Below, piece after piece: positions 27,022-37,144 of a stretch of 64,000 nt of DNA. Every line of letters starts with the position of its first letter. Position 1 is the stretch's first letter. The notes below the pieces were generated by a model. The model was not told the origin of the DNA, ran no database searches, and saw nothing but the letters and a program-made list of their open reading frames with translations. The position numbers and the translations under genes were made by a program. Location: NCBI GenBank assembly GCA_029907205.1, contig JARYMI010000002.1, positions 59,060 to 123,059 on the forward strand, in the 5' to 3' direction. The DNA comes from Clostridiales bacterium. GTDB taxonomy: Bacteria; Acidobacteriota; Aminicenantia; Aminicenantales; UBA8522.

Positions 27022-27552
27022 TCAGCAGGCGAGCTTTTCCAGGGTCTTTTCGAACACGGAAAAGGCTTCCTGCCCGTAAAGGCAGAAGATGATTTCCCGG
27101 GGATAGTCATTTTTTTTCAGGAAATCCACGGCAGTCTGGAGCATGATCTCGCTGCACCTCTGGAGGGGAAATCCGAAGATGCCGGTGCTGATGGCTGGGA
27201 AAGCGATGCCCCCGACCATCCTGTCCCTGGCGATCGTCAGGCTGCTCAGGGTGGCCGCCGCCAGCTTGGCATCCTCATGGCCCTCCCCCTGGATGGGCCC
27301 CACGGCATGGATCACATAGCGTGCTTTGAGGTTTCCGCCGCCAGTGATAACGGCCTGGCCCACTTCGATAGGGCTCAGGCGATCGCATTCTTCCTGGATG
27401 GCCGGGCCGCCGAAGGTGCGGATGGCGCCGGCCACGCCGCCGCCAAGCTTGAGGCTTTTATTGGCGGCATTCACGATGGCTTCGACATCAAAAAGGGCGA
27501 TATTGCCTTCGACGATTTTTATTTTCTTTCCGTCAACGGTCAATTCGGTCAT
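27022..27552 (-). CDS. Macro domain protein (O-acetyl-ADP-ribose deacetylase / ADP-ribose binding, YmdB-like)
   Basis: ...DVEAIVNAAN..L..GGGVAGAI...GQAVITGGGNL.ARYVIHAVGP...GIFGFP... canonical macro domain motifs. Confidence 0.75.
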   Translation of the reverse strand: MTELTVDGKKIKIVEGNIALFDVEAIVNAANKSLKLGGGVAGAIRTFGGPAIQEECDRLSPIEVGQAVITGGGNLKARYVIHAVGPIQGEGHEDAKLAAATLSSLTIARDRMVGGIAFPAISTGIFGFPLQRCSEIMLQTAVDFLKKNDYPREIIFCLYGQEAFSVFEKTLEKLAC

Positions 27553-27678
27553 TCTTGCCTCCCAGAGAACCCTGAGGTCAAGCCTCCAATATTTCTAAGT
27601 TATCATGAACGCAAGATATAACAAAATACCACCCCATGGGCGTCCCGCGCGTTTTTCAGATCACTGATGATGTCTGTA

Positions 27679-28194
27679 TCAAATAACGATGGCGCCGTAA
27701 ACCTTCTCCATCCGGCGCAGCGAAAAACGGTGCGCGTCGGGGTCAAAATCAGCCACCCCGCCCGTGTGAACGACGACCGGATAATCACGATTCCTGAGGT
27801 CGCCCACTGTATCCATGACACAGATCGACGTGCACACGCCGACAACGTGGACTTCGGTGACGGCCCGGTCTTTGAGGACTTGCTCAATGTTGGTGCCGTA
27901 GAAAGCGCTGTAGCGGGTTTTATCGACGATGACATCGCCTTCTGCTACAGGAAGCTCATCGATGATTTCCGCACCTCTCGTTCCTTTGACGCAGTGCGGC
28001 GGGAACATCCTGAACTCCGCGTCGTCCTGGCGGTGAGAATCCTTGATAAAAATGACCAAGCCGCCGGAACAGTGGAAATCTTCGATTTTCTTCTTGATGA
28101 AAGGGATGATCCGCCGCGACTCGTCGCCGCAGCACAGCGCTCCGCTCTTCTCGATGAAATCCTTCAACATGTCAATGACTAACAGAGCCTTCAT
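27679..28194 (-). CDS. Isochorismatase-family cysteine hydrolase (nicotinamidase/PncA-like)
   Basis: MKALLVIDMLKDF...D.H... then the catalytic Cys in VVGVCTSICV. 171 aa. Confidence 0.65.
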   Translation of the reverse strand: MKALLVIDMLKDFIEKSGALCCGDESRRIIPFIKKKIEDFHCSGGLVIFIKDSHRQDDAEFRMFPPHCVKGTRGAEIIDELPVAEGDVIVDKTRYSAFYGTNIEQVLKDRAVTEVHVVGVCTSICVMDTVGDLRNRDYPVVVHTGGVADFDPDAHRFSLRRMEKVYGAIVI

Positions 28195-28324
28195 TAACCT
28201 CTCCCTGCTTTCGTTTTGGGAAACGCATCCACCAATGTCGCTTTCATTTTAGCTTGAATGGAGTTGGATGAAAAGGCCTTCCGCGGCGGAAGCTCACAGA
28301 GAGGGAATCCTGAGAATTGAACGC

Positions 28325-29059
28325 TTAGTTGGAGGCGTAGACGGCGACCTTGTTCTTGCTGTTTCTCTTGGCTTCGGAGAGAGCAATATCAGCGAGAGTA
28401 ATGAGCTCATCGGCGCTCTGGCCCGCCTCGGGATAAGCGCTCACGCCGATGCTGATGGTGAACTGAATATCCTCCTGCCGCGAGTCAATCCGGAACGGAG
28501 ACAGCACGATTCTTTTCTGGAGACGCTCGGCCACAACCTCGGCTTCCTGTCGGCTGGTCTCGGGAAGGATGATCAGGAATTCTCCGCCGCTGAAGCGGGC
28601 AGCAATATCCGAAGGCCGGATCGTCTCATGAATCAGGCGGGCGAAATACTTCAACAAATGGTCTCCGGCTGCGCGGCCGTACTGCCTGTTCAGTGTTCTA
28701 AAATTGTCCAGGCCGATCAACAACAAACTGAGCGGGTGGTCATACCGTTTGGAGCGGTAGAATTCTTCCTCCAGCCTCTGCCGGATGTAGCTTTGGTTGA
28801 ACAACCCAGTCAACCCTTCTTTTGTGATCAAGCTGGTCATCCTTTCTGAAATAGCCAGGCCGCTCAGGCAGATGAGCAGGATGACAACCATCCCAAGAGT
28901 CAATATTGAACGGCGCAGCGGCTCAAAACCAATCTTCTCCCAGTAATAAGGAATGAAATCGGCCAGGGAGGAATAAACGAGGTAAGCGACAACGATGATA
29001 ATGATCGCCCAGAGCCTGGTCCGGAGCCCCGTGGTCGAGAGAGGCAGTCTTCTTCGCAT
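28325..29059 (-). CDS. Membrane-anchored GGDEF-domain protein with degenerate active-site motif (RFSGGEF)
   Basis: Two N-terminal TM helices, then a GGDEF fold (…LTGLFNQSYIRQRLEEE…LSLLLIGLDNFRTLNRQYGRAAGD…RFSGGEFLIIL…). The signature reads SGGEF rather than GG[DE]EF. Confidence 0.65.
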   Translation of the reverse strand: MRRRLPLSTTGLRTRLWAIIIIVVAYLVYSSLADFIPYYWEKIGFEPLRRSILTLGMVVILLICLSGLAISERMTSLITKEGLTGLFNQSYIRQRLEEEFYRSKRYDHPLSLLLIGLDNFRTLNRQYGRAAGDHLLKYFARLIHETIRPSDIAARFSGGEFLIILPETSRQEAEVVAERLQKRIVLSPFRIDSRQEDIQFTISIGVSAYPEAGQSADELITLADIALSEAKRNSKNKVAVYASN

Positions 29060-29156
29060 GGCTGTTTCTTTCGTTCATTCCCAGGATGGAAGAAAAGACT
29101 CCCTCCCGCAATAGCCACCAAAGGTGAAATTCAGGGTGATTTTTAGCCCTGCCGTC

Positions 29157-30830
29157 TCACCGCAAGAGATGAGAGGCAACCGTTGCTCTCAACTCTGCGC
29201 CGGCTTTGGCCACTTCATTCCTTAAGGTCTTGGCCCGGCCGCCGATTTCCTCTTTGAAGGCGGCATCCTTGATGTTAAGCAGGTTGATCATTACATTATA
29301 GTAAGCACCCTCGGCAGCAGCCTCGGCCAGCAAACCGCTCACGCCGGCGTCGCTCAATGAATTCTTGTTGCCTTTCTCAGCGACCAACCTGGCTGCTTCC
29401 ATTAGCCCGACGCATTTCTCCAGCACGCCAAAGGGAACCAGGGATGCTCCTTGAGAGGTCATCTCGATGGCCGCCTCCCTTTCTTTGGCCTGCTCCTCCG
29501 TGTTCTTGGGCATTCGGCAAGCATCCATGACCCTGTTGAAGGCCCTGGAGTCCTCATCAACGGCCCTGAGCATCTCGTCTTTAAGCTGCTGGGCCCTCAC
29601 GGCAACTTTTTTCATCTCTTCCTCTGCTTCCTCATAGCCTTTTCTCCCGACTGTCAGGTTGGCCACCATTGCTGTGAGTGAAGCAGACAAGGCGGCCGCA
29701 AGAGCGGCAGCGCTTCCGCCGCCAGGAGTGGGTGAATCGGCAGAAAGTCTGTTGGCAAACTCCTTCAAATTGAGACGGAGGAGCGAAGGCCCGGCCTCCT
29801 TGATTTGGTATTCGATGATCTTTTTGCCCGGGTCAAAAGGCGCAACATCATTGAGTCCGAGCGATAAAACGGCTGTTCTGATGAGTTCCTCCTCGGGCAG
29901 GCCCGGGCTTTTTCCCTGTTTTTCCAGATAATATCGTCCCGCCATGAGTAAGGCCTCTTTTGGGATCAGCCCGACGAGTTCGCTTCCCGTGACACGCAAT
30001 CCCAGCTTCTCCGCCTCTTTAATCGCCTCGTCGAAAACGACATGAACCGGCGTTATTTTGTAATTCGTGAAGTTGATCGATATCTGGGCCATTCCATAGT
30101 CTTCAATGTACCAGCCCACAGCTTTGATGTGTTTGAATTTTCCTGGCACCATCACGCTGTTTCCATCAGCATCCTTGACGATATTTCCTTCAGCATCTCT
30201 TTTGGCCCGTCCGCTCTCGCGCAGGTTAAGGGCGATCTCATTGGCCAGCCGCCGGTCTCTTGTGTTGAGGTTGATGTTGTACGCAATCAGGAACTCTCGC
30301 GCTCCGATGACGGTCGCTCCTGACTTGGCGTTGAATACCGGCTCGCCGTAATCTGGAGCCCATTCCGGGTCTTTGAGCTTCTCTGGCAGGCCTTCGTACT
30401 CGCCAACCCGGATCGTCGCCAAGTTCCGTCTTTCAGCCTTCTGGGCAGCTTCCTCATAAAGGTAGACGGGAATCCCAAGTTCCTCGGCCACCCGCTGGCC
30501 GAGCTCATGAGCCAGCTGAACGCACTCCTCCATTGTCACACCTGAGACAGGGACGAACGGGCAGACGTCAGTCGCGCCGATGCGGCTGTGCGCCCCCTTG
30601 TGCTTGCCCATGTCAATGACCTCGGCTGCTTTGCGGATGGCTCTGAACGCTGCCTCTTTCACGGCCTCGGGCGGGCCGATGAATGTCACTACAGTCCGGT
30701 TTGTGCTCTCGCCGGGGTCGACATCGAGCAGCTTGATGCCCGGCGTTTGTTCAACCTCCCGGGTGATGGCTTTTATTTTTTCAGGGTCTCTCCCTTCGCT
30801 GAAATTCGGCACGCACTCAACAATCTTCAT
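29157..30830 (-). CDS. Bifunctional glutamate formimidoyltransferase / formimidoyl-THF cyclodeaminase
   Basis: MKIVECVPNFSEGRD, the N-terminal formiminotransferase hallmark, followed by a C-terminal cyclodeaminase-like helical domain. 557 aa, as in two-domain FTCD. Confidence 0.75.
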   Translation of the reverse strand: MKIVECVPNFSEGRDPEKIKAITREVEQTPGIKLLDVDPGESTNRTVVTFIGPPEAVKEAAFRAIRKAAEVIDMGKHKGAHSRIGATDVCPFVPVSGVTMEECVQLAHELGQRVAEELGIPVYLYEEAAQKAERRNLATIRVGEYEGLPEKLKDPEWAPDYGEPVFNAKSGATVIGAREFLIAYNINLNTRDRRLANEIALNLRESGRAKRDAEGNIVKDADGNSVMVPGKFKHIKAVGWYIEDYGMAQISINFTNYKITPVHVVFDEAIKEAEKLGLRVTGSELVGLIPKEALLMAGRYYLEKQGKSPGLPEEELIRTAVLSLGLNDVAPFDPGKKIIEYQIKEAGPSLLRLNLKEFANRLSADSPTPGGGSAAALAAALSASLTAMVANLTVGRKGYEEAEEEMKKVAVRAQQLKDEMLRAVDEDSRAFNRVMDACRMPKNTEEQAKEREAAIEMTSQGASLVPFGVLEKCVGLMEAARLVAEKGNKNSLSDAGVSGLLAEAAAEGAYYNVMINLLNIKDAAFKEEIGGRAKTLRNEVAKAGAELRATVASHLLR

Positions 30831-32293
30831 TCCACCACTCCCTTTGTTAAGGTATAGCGATACTCCCCCTTGGCGTCGAAAACTTCGATTTTTTCGAAGC
30901 GGTCGATGAAATCGATAACCACACTTCTGTCCCCGACGATGACGATCACCGGCGGGTGAAGAAGGTACTTGCGGGCTACATCGTAGACTCTCTCAGCATC
31001 GACGCCCATGACACTCTCATAAAACCGGCCCCAATAGGCGCTCCCCAGGGAATGTGTCGCTATCCTGAAGGTGCAGGCGGCCAGGTCGTCCAGCTTTTCC
31101 ACCAGAATGGGAAAATTGCCGATGAGGTAAGACTTGGCCTGCTCGAGCTCAAACGTCGAGACTCTTTCCCGGGCTATTCTGTCCAGCTCCTTGAGAATTT
31201 CTTGGACCGCGTCGTGGCAGGCAGATGGCCTCACTCTTGCCTTTACGGCGTAGACGCCGCAGCAACGGAAGAACTCTATCTCGCTGAAAGCAAAATAAGC
31301 AAGCTGTCTGGTCTCCCTAAGGTTCATGAACAGGCGGCTGTGGAGAGCCCCTCCTAAGACCTGGTTGAGCACGGAAAAAGCGAAATAGTCTGGGTCGTCG
31401 AGCGGAAAAATCACGTTCCCCAGGAAAAGAGTCACATCTTTGGCTTGAGGGAGGTCAACGAAACAAACCCGCCTCTCTGTATTTGGGAGCGGCGCCGTTA
31501 GGGCTGGCCTTTCGAGTTCGCTCTTCCGCCACGTGTTGAAATAGTGGCTGACCTTCCTCGAAGCTGTCGCCAGGTTCAAGTTTCCTGTCAGGACGATGAT
31601 CGCGTTATTAGGCCGGTAGGTGGCTTGGAAAAAAGCAAGGACGTCTTTCCGGCTGATGTTCTTGATAACATCCTCATTGTAGAAGCCCCGTGCATAAGGA
31701 TGTCCTTTGAATAGAAGGCGCAGGAGCTGGCGCCTGGCCAATTGATCCTGATCACGGCGCTTCTCCAGGAAATCATAGAACTGGATTCTCTTGACATTTA
31801 CGATCTCCCTTTCGGTGAAAGCCGGCTGCAGGACCATCTGGCTCAGGAGGTCCAGCGCCTGGTCGAGGTACTCATCCAGGAAAATGAAGGAAAAGCGCGT
31901 CTGATCGAGTGACACGGTTGTGGTCAGGCTGCCGCCGATAAACTCAACCCGTTCTTCGATATCCGCCGCCGAAATCGCGACCGTGCCACGGTTTATCATT
32001 TCTGCTGTGAAGCTGGCCAGGCCAGGGAGCTCCGGTGGAGAAGAGCTTTCGCCTGTCTGGATGACTAGCTCCAGGCTGATGAAAGGATGGCTGTTCTCGA
32101 AAACGGCAGCCACGCTGAGTCCGTTGCTGAGCCGGACGGACTCGACGGAGGGAAGCCGGAGCTTGCCAAGTGGCTCAGGAATGGGCGCTGATTTCCTGAA
32201 CCGTTCCTGGGCAAGGGAGGCCGGCGCCAGAAGCAGGACCAAGCCGCAGCAGACAACAATTATCTTGATTATGTTCGTCCTCATCAGGTTCAT
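30827..32293 (-). CDS. M16-family peptidase homolog, secreted, zinc-binding motif absent (non-catalytic subunit-like)
   Basis: Signal peptide. M16 fold. The HxxEH position reads ...GLASFTAEMINRGT... Confidence 0.6.
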   Translation of the reverse strand: MNLMRTNIIKIIVVCCGLVLLLAPASLAQERFRKSAPIPEPLGKLRLPSVESVRLSNGLSVAAVFENSHPFISLELVIQTGESSSPPELPGLASFTAEMINRGTVAISAADIEERVEFIGGSLTTTVSLDQTRFSFIFLDEYLDQALDLLSQMVLQPAFTEREIVNVKRIQFYDFLEKRRDQDQLARRQLLRLLFKGHPYARGFYNEDVIKNISRKDVLAFFQATYRPNNAIIVLTGNLNLATASRKVSHYFNTWRKSELERPALTAPLPNTERRVCFVDLPQAKDVTLFLGNVIFPLDDPDYFAFSVLNQVLGGALHSRLFMNLRETRQLAYFAFSEIEFFRCCGVYAVKARVRPSACHDAVQEILKELDRIARERVSTFELEQAKSYLIGNFPILVEKLDDLAACTFRIATHSLGSAYWGRFYESVMGVDAERVYDVARKYLLHPPVIVIVGDRSVVIDFIDRFEKIEVFDAKGEYRYTLTKGVVE

Positions 32294-33633
32294 TATCTTA
32301 TCCTGACAATCAAGCTAACGCTGTTTTCCGGCCCGAGGTAGCGGCTGGCGGCCCCAACGACCTCAGAAGGCGTGACCTTGAGATACTTATCTATCTCACC
32401 CGTTGCGTATTCGAGGCCAACAGACGAAAAATGCATCTCAGCCAGGAACAGGGCCGTCTCCATGGTCGTGGAAAAGCGGCGCAAGTAGTCTCTTTTAAAA
32501 AGATTCTTCGCTTTCTGAAGCTCGGCATCAAGAACAAAACTCGTCCTCAATTTCTGAACCTCTGAGAAGATGGCCTTTTGACAAATATCAATCATGGTCT
32601 CATTATTAACCATCGCAAAAATTTTGAGCGCGGCCACATCTTTTCTTTTTTCTATCCCGCCGCTCAGCGAGAGGGACAGGTTATCTCGCCTCATAATCCG
32701 ACTGTACAGGCGAGAACTCTTGCCTTTGAGGAGGATGTAATCAAGAATAGTGAGCGGATAGAAATCAGCAGAATACGGTGCCGCCATCCGGTAGCCCAGG
32801 TGAATGGCTGGTGACGGCGCGAGCAGCTCTCGGAAGGACTGGACGATTTCCTTTTTCTCAGCCGGCTTGGGCGGCTCGTAAGGCGGGAGCTCTTTGCCCG
32901 GGGGGATGCTTCCAAAATATTTCTCAACAAGGTCTCTTGCCCTGGCCAAGTTGAAGCTCCCGACAATACAGAGAACAGCGTTGTTCGGCACATAATACGT
33001 TTGATAAAAATTATTGATATCCTCGAGACTGAGTCTCCGGATATCCTCTTCCTTGCCCAAAATAGGATGGCTGTGGGCCACATCGGGATAGATGAGGCGG
33101 TCAAAAGCCCATGAGCTCTCCAGATATGGCTCTGTCGATCGGCGTTGGGCGATCTCGTCGAGGAGGGACGCTTTTGCTTCCTCAACCTTGGCGACGTTTA
33201 TTTCGAGCGATCTCATGCGGTCAGACTCGAGCCAGAGAGCCAGAGCAAGCTGGTTGGAAGGCACCGTCTGGTAGAAGTAGGTGATATCTTCGGTCGTGTT
33301 GGCGTTCGCCACTCCACCGATCCTGTTGATGTGGCCGATGTGCTGCATCGGGCCGATGTTCGCCGAGCCCTGGAACATCATGTTCTCCAGGAAATACGCC
33401 AGTCCCGTTTTCCCTGGCTCTTCATAGATCGATCCAGCGCCGAAGGCGACGACCACAGAAACGATGGGGAGAGAATAGTTCTCAGACAGAACAACCTCAA
33501 GGCCGTTTTTAAGCTTATACCGGGAGAAGGATAAAATTGGGCTCTTGGTTTCCTGCACCCCCTCAAGGAAAACCGAACCAGAGACAGCGATCAACAGGAA
33601 TAAGCTCCACGCGCCGAGAATTTTTATTTTCAT
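32293..33633 (-). CDS. M16-family peptidase homolog, secreted, HxxEH replaced by YFLEN
   Basis: Signal peptide MKIKILGAWSLFLLIAVSGS. ...GLAYFLENMMFQGS... where active M16 enzymes have GxAHFLEHMxFKGT. Confidence 0.6.
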   Translation of the reverse strand: MKIKILGAWSLFLLIAVSGSVFLEGVQETKSPILSFSRYKLKNGLEVVLSENYSLPIVSVVVAFGAGSIYEEPGKTGLAYFLENMMFQGSANIGPMQHIGHINRIGGVANANTTEDITYFYQTVPSNQLALALWLESDRMRSLEINVAKVEEAKASLLDEIAQRRSTEPYLESSWAFDRLIYPDVAHSHPILGKEEDIRRLSLEDINNFYQTYYVPNNAVLCIVGSFNLARARDLVEKYFGSIPPGKELPPYEPPKPAEKKEIVQSFRELLAPSPAIHLGYRMAAPYSADFYPLTILDYILLKGKSSRLYSRIMRRDNLSLSLSGGIEKRKDVAALKIFAMVNNETMIDICQKAIFSEVQKLRTSFVLDAELQKAKNLFKRDYLRRFSTTMETALFLAEMHFSSVGLEYATGEIDKYLKVTPSEVVGAASRYLGPENSVSLIVRIR

Positions 33634-33781
33634 AACCTTTTTTTAATAGGAGCATTTTATAAATAACACAAATAAAAGGAAAAATTCAACGCGCGCCTCG
33701 CTTTCCCATTGAAAATCCGAAGCTTTTGGTATAACATGTCGCTTAATTTAACGAACGAGCGTGTTGAAGGAGAGAGAGATT

Positions 33782-34948
33782 ATGAGCAAGGCCGGAAAAC
33801 ATTTGTTCTCCTCGGAGTCTGTGACCGAAGGCCATCCCGATAAAATCTGCGACCAGATCTCCGACGCCATCCTCGACGACCTCATCGCACAGGACCCGAA
33901 AAGCCGCGTGGCGTGCGAAACGCTTGTCACCACTGGCCTCGTCTTCATCGCCGGCGAAATCACGACCGACGGCTATTGTGACTTCCAGAAGCTCATCCGC
34001 AACGTGGTTAAGGATATCGGCTACACAAAGGCCATCTACGGCTTTGACTACGAAACCTGCAGCGTCATCTCCTCGATACACGAGCAATCAGCAGACATAG
34101 CCATCGGCGTTATCGAAACAGAAGACCACGAGCAAGGCGCAGGAGACCAGGGCATCATGTTCGGCTATGCCTGCCGAGAAACCAAGGAACTGATGCCGTT
34201 GCCGATCATCATGGCCCACGGCCTGGTCAGAAGGTTAAGCCAGGTCCGTCGGGAAAAGATCCTGCCTTACTTGAGGCCAGACGGAAAGTCCCAGGTAACT
34301 GTCGAGTACGAGGGCGACACACCCAAGCGCGTTCAGGCTGTCGTCATCGCGGCCCAACACAACGCCACAGTTAAGATGGAAGACTTGAGAGAGGACATCA
34401 AGCAGGCTGTCATTAAAAAAGTCGTTCCCTCTGGCATGTTGGATAAAAACACCAAGATCATCATCAACGGCACTGGCCGGTTCGAACAAGGCGGCCCGCT
34501 GGCGGACACCGGGATGACCGGCCGCAAGATCATTGTCGATACCTATGGCGGCGTTGGCAGCCACGGTGGCGGTTGCTTTTCCGGCAAGGACCCCTCCAAG
34601 GTTGACCGTTCCGGCTCCTACATGGCCCGTTACATCGCCAAGAATCTCGTGGCTGCCGGGATCGCCGACAAGCTCGAGGTGCAGTTGGCCTATGCCATCG
34701 GTGTGGCCGAGCCCGTCTCGATCATGGTCGATTCTTTCGGAACGGCTAAGATCGACGAGGACAAAATTAAGGAGCTCATCCGGGCTCATTTCCCGCTCAA
34801 GCCCAAGGGCATGATCAGCTATCTGAACCTTCTGCGGCCGATCTACAGAAAAACCGCCTGCTACGGCCACTTTGGCCGAAACGACGAGGATTTTACTTGG
34901 GAAAGAACAGATAAGGCCGAGGCCCTGCGACGAGAGGCCGGGCTTTAG
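33782..34948 (+). CDS. metK: S-adenosylmethionine synthetase
   Basis: [28 protein letters not shown]...GAGDQG...[37 protein letters not shown]. The track ORF begins at an upstream GTG. Confidence 0.9.
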   Translation: MSKAGKHLFSSESVTEGHPDKICDQISDAILDDLIAQDPKSRVACETLVTTGLVFIAGEITTDGYCDFQKLIRNVVKDIGYTKAIYGFDYETCSVISSIHEQSADIAIGVIETEDHEQGAGDQGIMFGYACRETKELMPLPIIMAHGLVRRLSQVRREKILPYLRPDGKSQVTVEYEGDTPKRVQAVVIAAQHNATVKMEDLREDIKQAVIKKVVPSGMLDKNTKIIINGTGRFEQGGPLADTGMTGRKIIVDTYGGVGSHGGGCFSGKDPSKVDRSGSYMARYIAKNLVAAGIADKLEVQLAYAIGVAEPVSIMVDSFGTAKIDEDKIKELIRAHFPLKPKGMISYLNLLRPIYRKTACYGHFGRNDEDFTWERTDKAEALRREAGL

Positions 34949-35032
34949 CCGGAAGAGACGAGGTGGCATGATCCCCGTTTCAGGAGATTCGATCATGTCT
35001 CCCGGTCTCAAGGTTTAAAAAAGGAAAGGATA

Positions 35033-36289
35033 ATGGACTACGATGTCAAAGAGTTGAGACTGGCTGCGCAGGGAAGGCGCAAGGTCGAATGGGCCAGCCG
35101 GTTTATGCCCGTCCTGGAATCCATCAAGAAGAAATTCGCCAGGGAGAAGCCTCTCCGTGATATCAAGATATCGGCCTGCCTCCACGTCACCAGCGAGACA
35201 GCCAACCTGATGGAAGCTCTCAAACTGGCTGGGGCCCGGGTGGCCCTGACCGCCTCAAACCCGCTGAGCACTCAAGACGATGTCGCCGCCTCGCTGGTCA
35301 AGGATTTCCGCATCCCCGTCTTTGCCGTCAAGGGCGAGGACAACAAAACCTATTATCGGCACATCAACCAGGCCCTCGACCACGGCCCGCAGATCACCAT
35401 GGACGACGGGGCGGACCTCGTCTGCTCCGTCCACTCCCGGCGGAAGGACTTGCTCGGCAACATCATCGGCGGGACCGAAGAAACAACGACAGGAGTTATC
35501 CGGCTGAAGAGCATGGCCATGAAGGGGGTCCTCCACTATCCCATCGTTGCCGTTAACGACGCAAACACAAAACATCTCTTCGACAACCGTTACGGGACAG
35601 GACAAAGCACGGTGGACGGCATTCTCCGGGCCACAAACATCCTCCTGGCCGGGCTGAAGTTCGTTATCTCCGGTTACGGATGGTGTGGCCGCGGCGTGGC
35701 CATGCGGGCCAAGGGCGCGGGGGCTAACGTCATCATCACGGAAGTTGACCCGCTTCGCGCACTGGAAGCAGTCATGGACGGGTTTGGCATCATGTCGCTC
35801 GAGCAAGCGGCCTCTTGCGGCGACATCTTTGTCACTGTGACAGGGGATAAAAATGTTATCACCCGACGCCATTTCTTGAAAATGAAGGACGGCGCCATCG
35901 TCGCCAATGCTGGCCATTTCAACGTTGAGATCGACATTCCAGCTCTGGAAAAATTGTCCCGGAGAAAAAGAAAGATTCGGGATTTCGTCGATGAATACGA
36001 ACTTAAAAACGGAAAGAAACTTTTCCTCCTTGCTGAAGGCCGGCTGATCAACCTGGCTGCTGCTGAAGGTCACCCGGCCATGGTTATGGACATGAGCTTT
36101 GCCAACCAGGCGCTCGCCGTCCTTTACCTCAGCCGGAAAGGCCGCTCGCTCGATAAAAATGTTCACCCCGTGCCACGATCAATCGACGAGCAGATCGCCA
36201 GGATGAAGCTCCGCTCGATGGGAGCGCGGATCGACACGCTCACTCCCGATCAGAAAAAATACCTGGAAGCTTGGGAAGAGGGGACTTAA
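35033..36289 (+). CDS. ahcY: Adenosylhomocysteinase
   Basis: ...TTETTTGV..L...[18 protein letters not shown]...[29 protein letters not shown]... SAH hydrolase NAD-binding and catalytic motifs. Adjacent to metK. Confidence 0.9.
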   Translation: MDYDVKELRLAAQGRRKVEWASRFMPVLESIKKKFAREKPLRDIKISACLHVTSETANLMEALKLAGARVALTASNPLSTQDDVAASLVKDFRIPVFAVKGEDNKTYYRHINQALDHGPQITMDDGADLVCSVHSRRKDLLGNIIGGTEETTTGVIRLKSMAMKGVLHYPIVAVNDANTKHLFDNRYGTGQSTVDGILRATNILLAGLKFVISGYGWCGRGVAMRAKGAGANVIITEVDPLRALEAVMDGFGIMSLEQAASCGDIFVTVTGDKNVITRRHFLKMKDGAIVANAGHFNVEIDIPALEKLSRRKRKIRDFVDEYELKNGKKLFLLAEGRLINLAAAEGHPAMVMDMSFANQALAVLYLSRKGRSLDKNVHPVPRSIDEQIARMKLRSMGARIDTLTPDQKKYLEAWEEGT

Positions 36290-37071
36290 GCAGCGGAAAA
36301 CCCGCGGTTCTTCATTGTCTTCAGGTAGGAATCGAGTTTTTCTTTTGTCTTGGGCTCGACGACGAGCGGCGCGATCTTCTCAAGGATTTCGAGGGCCCGG
36401 CTGAAATCGCCGTTCTTGAAGTGCGCCTCGCCAAGGTTGAAATTGTAGTTCACGTCACCAGGGACAATCCTGAGCGCTTGGCGGAAGGAGTCGATCGCTT
36501 CGTCCAACCGGTTCTTGTTCTCCAGGATCAACCCTTTGAGATTGTAACCCATGTGAAAACGATTGTTCAACTTGATGGCGTTTTCGACGTAAAAAAGGGC
36601 CTTTTCCGTGTCATCCCGGATAAAAGACAACCTCGCCAGGTTGTAGTAAGGCAGCTCCTTGTGGCGATAGCCCGGGTCTTCGATCACCCTTCCAAATGCC
36701 TCTTCAGCCTTATCGATGTAACCGAGCTCCTGGTAGACCGTTCCCAGGTTGTTTCGGGCTTCAGAAAATGCGGGGGCGATCTCCAGGCACCTGAGGTAGT
36801 GCTTCACGGCCTCCTCGAGGTTTCCCTTCATTGACTGCGCCAGGCCCAGGGCGTTCAGAGCCAGGTGGTAGCGAGGGTTGAGCGCCAGAGATCTGTTCAG
36901 GTGCTTGATGGCTTCATCCACGTTGTTGCTGTTCAAGTAGAAAAGCCCGACGTTGTACTGATACTGGGGATCCTTCTCCCTTGCCTGCTGGAGCTTTTTC
37001 TGCGACGAAGCACAGGACACAAGGCTGACCAAAACCACTATCCCCAAAAGCCTTCGCATTTTCATCGCCAA
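36286..37071 (-). CDS. TPR-repeat lipoprotein
   Basis: Lipobox LVSLVSC after the signal. Multiple TPR units (…[28 protein letters not shown]…). Confidence 0.6.
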   Translation of the reverse strand: MAMKMRRLLGIVVLVSLVSCASSQKKLQQAREKDPQYQYNVGLFYLNSNNVDEAIKHLNRSLALNPRYHLALNALGLAQSMKGNLEEAVKHYLRCLEIAPAFSEARNNLGTVYQELGYIDKAEEAFGRVIEDPGYRHKELPYYNLARLSFIRDDTEKALFYVENAIKLNNRFHMGYNLKGLILENKNRLDEAIDSFRQALRIVPGDVNYNFNLGEAHFKNGDFSRALEILEKIAPLVVEPKTKEKLDSYLKTMKNRGFSAA

Positions 37072-37144
37072 CCTCCGTTTTTTATTTCCATTTTACGCTC
37101 CTCAGAAGAAAGGTCAACCTTGCTCCAAAAAGTTTCCAGGCCTT

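Noticed and set aside
33634-33781. Possible SAM riboswitch in the metK leader
   Set aside because: Only ~45 nt remain between a plausible TTGAAA/TATAAC promoter and the RBS. No S-box or SAM-II-like conserved segments were recognisable.
34235-35011. 258-aa minus-strand ORF
   Set aside because: Fully antisense to metK. Gly/Asp/Leu-rich, typical of the reverse frame of a high-GC gene.
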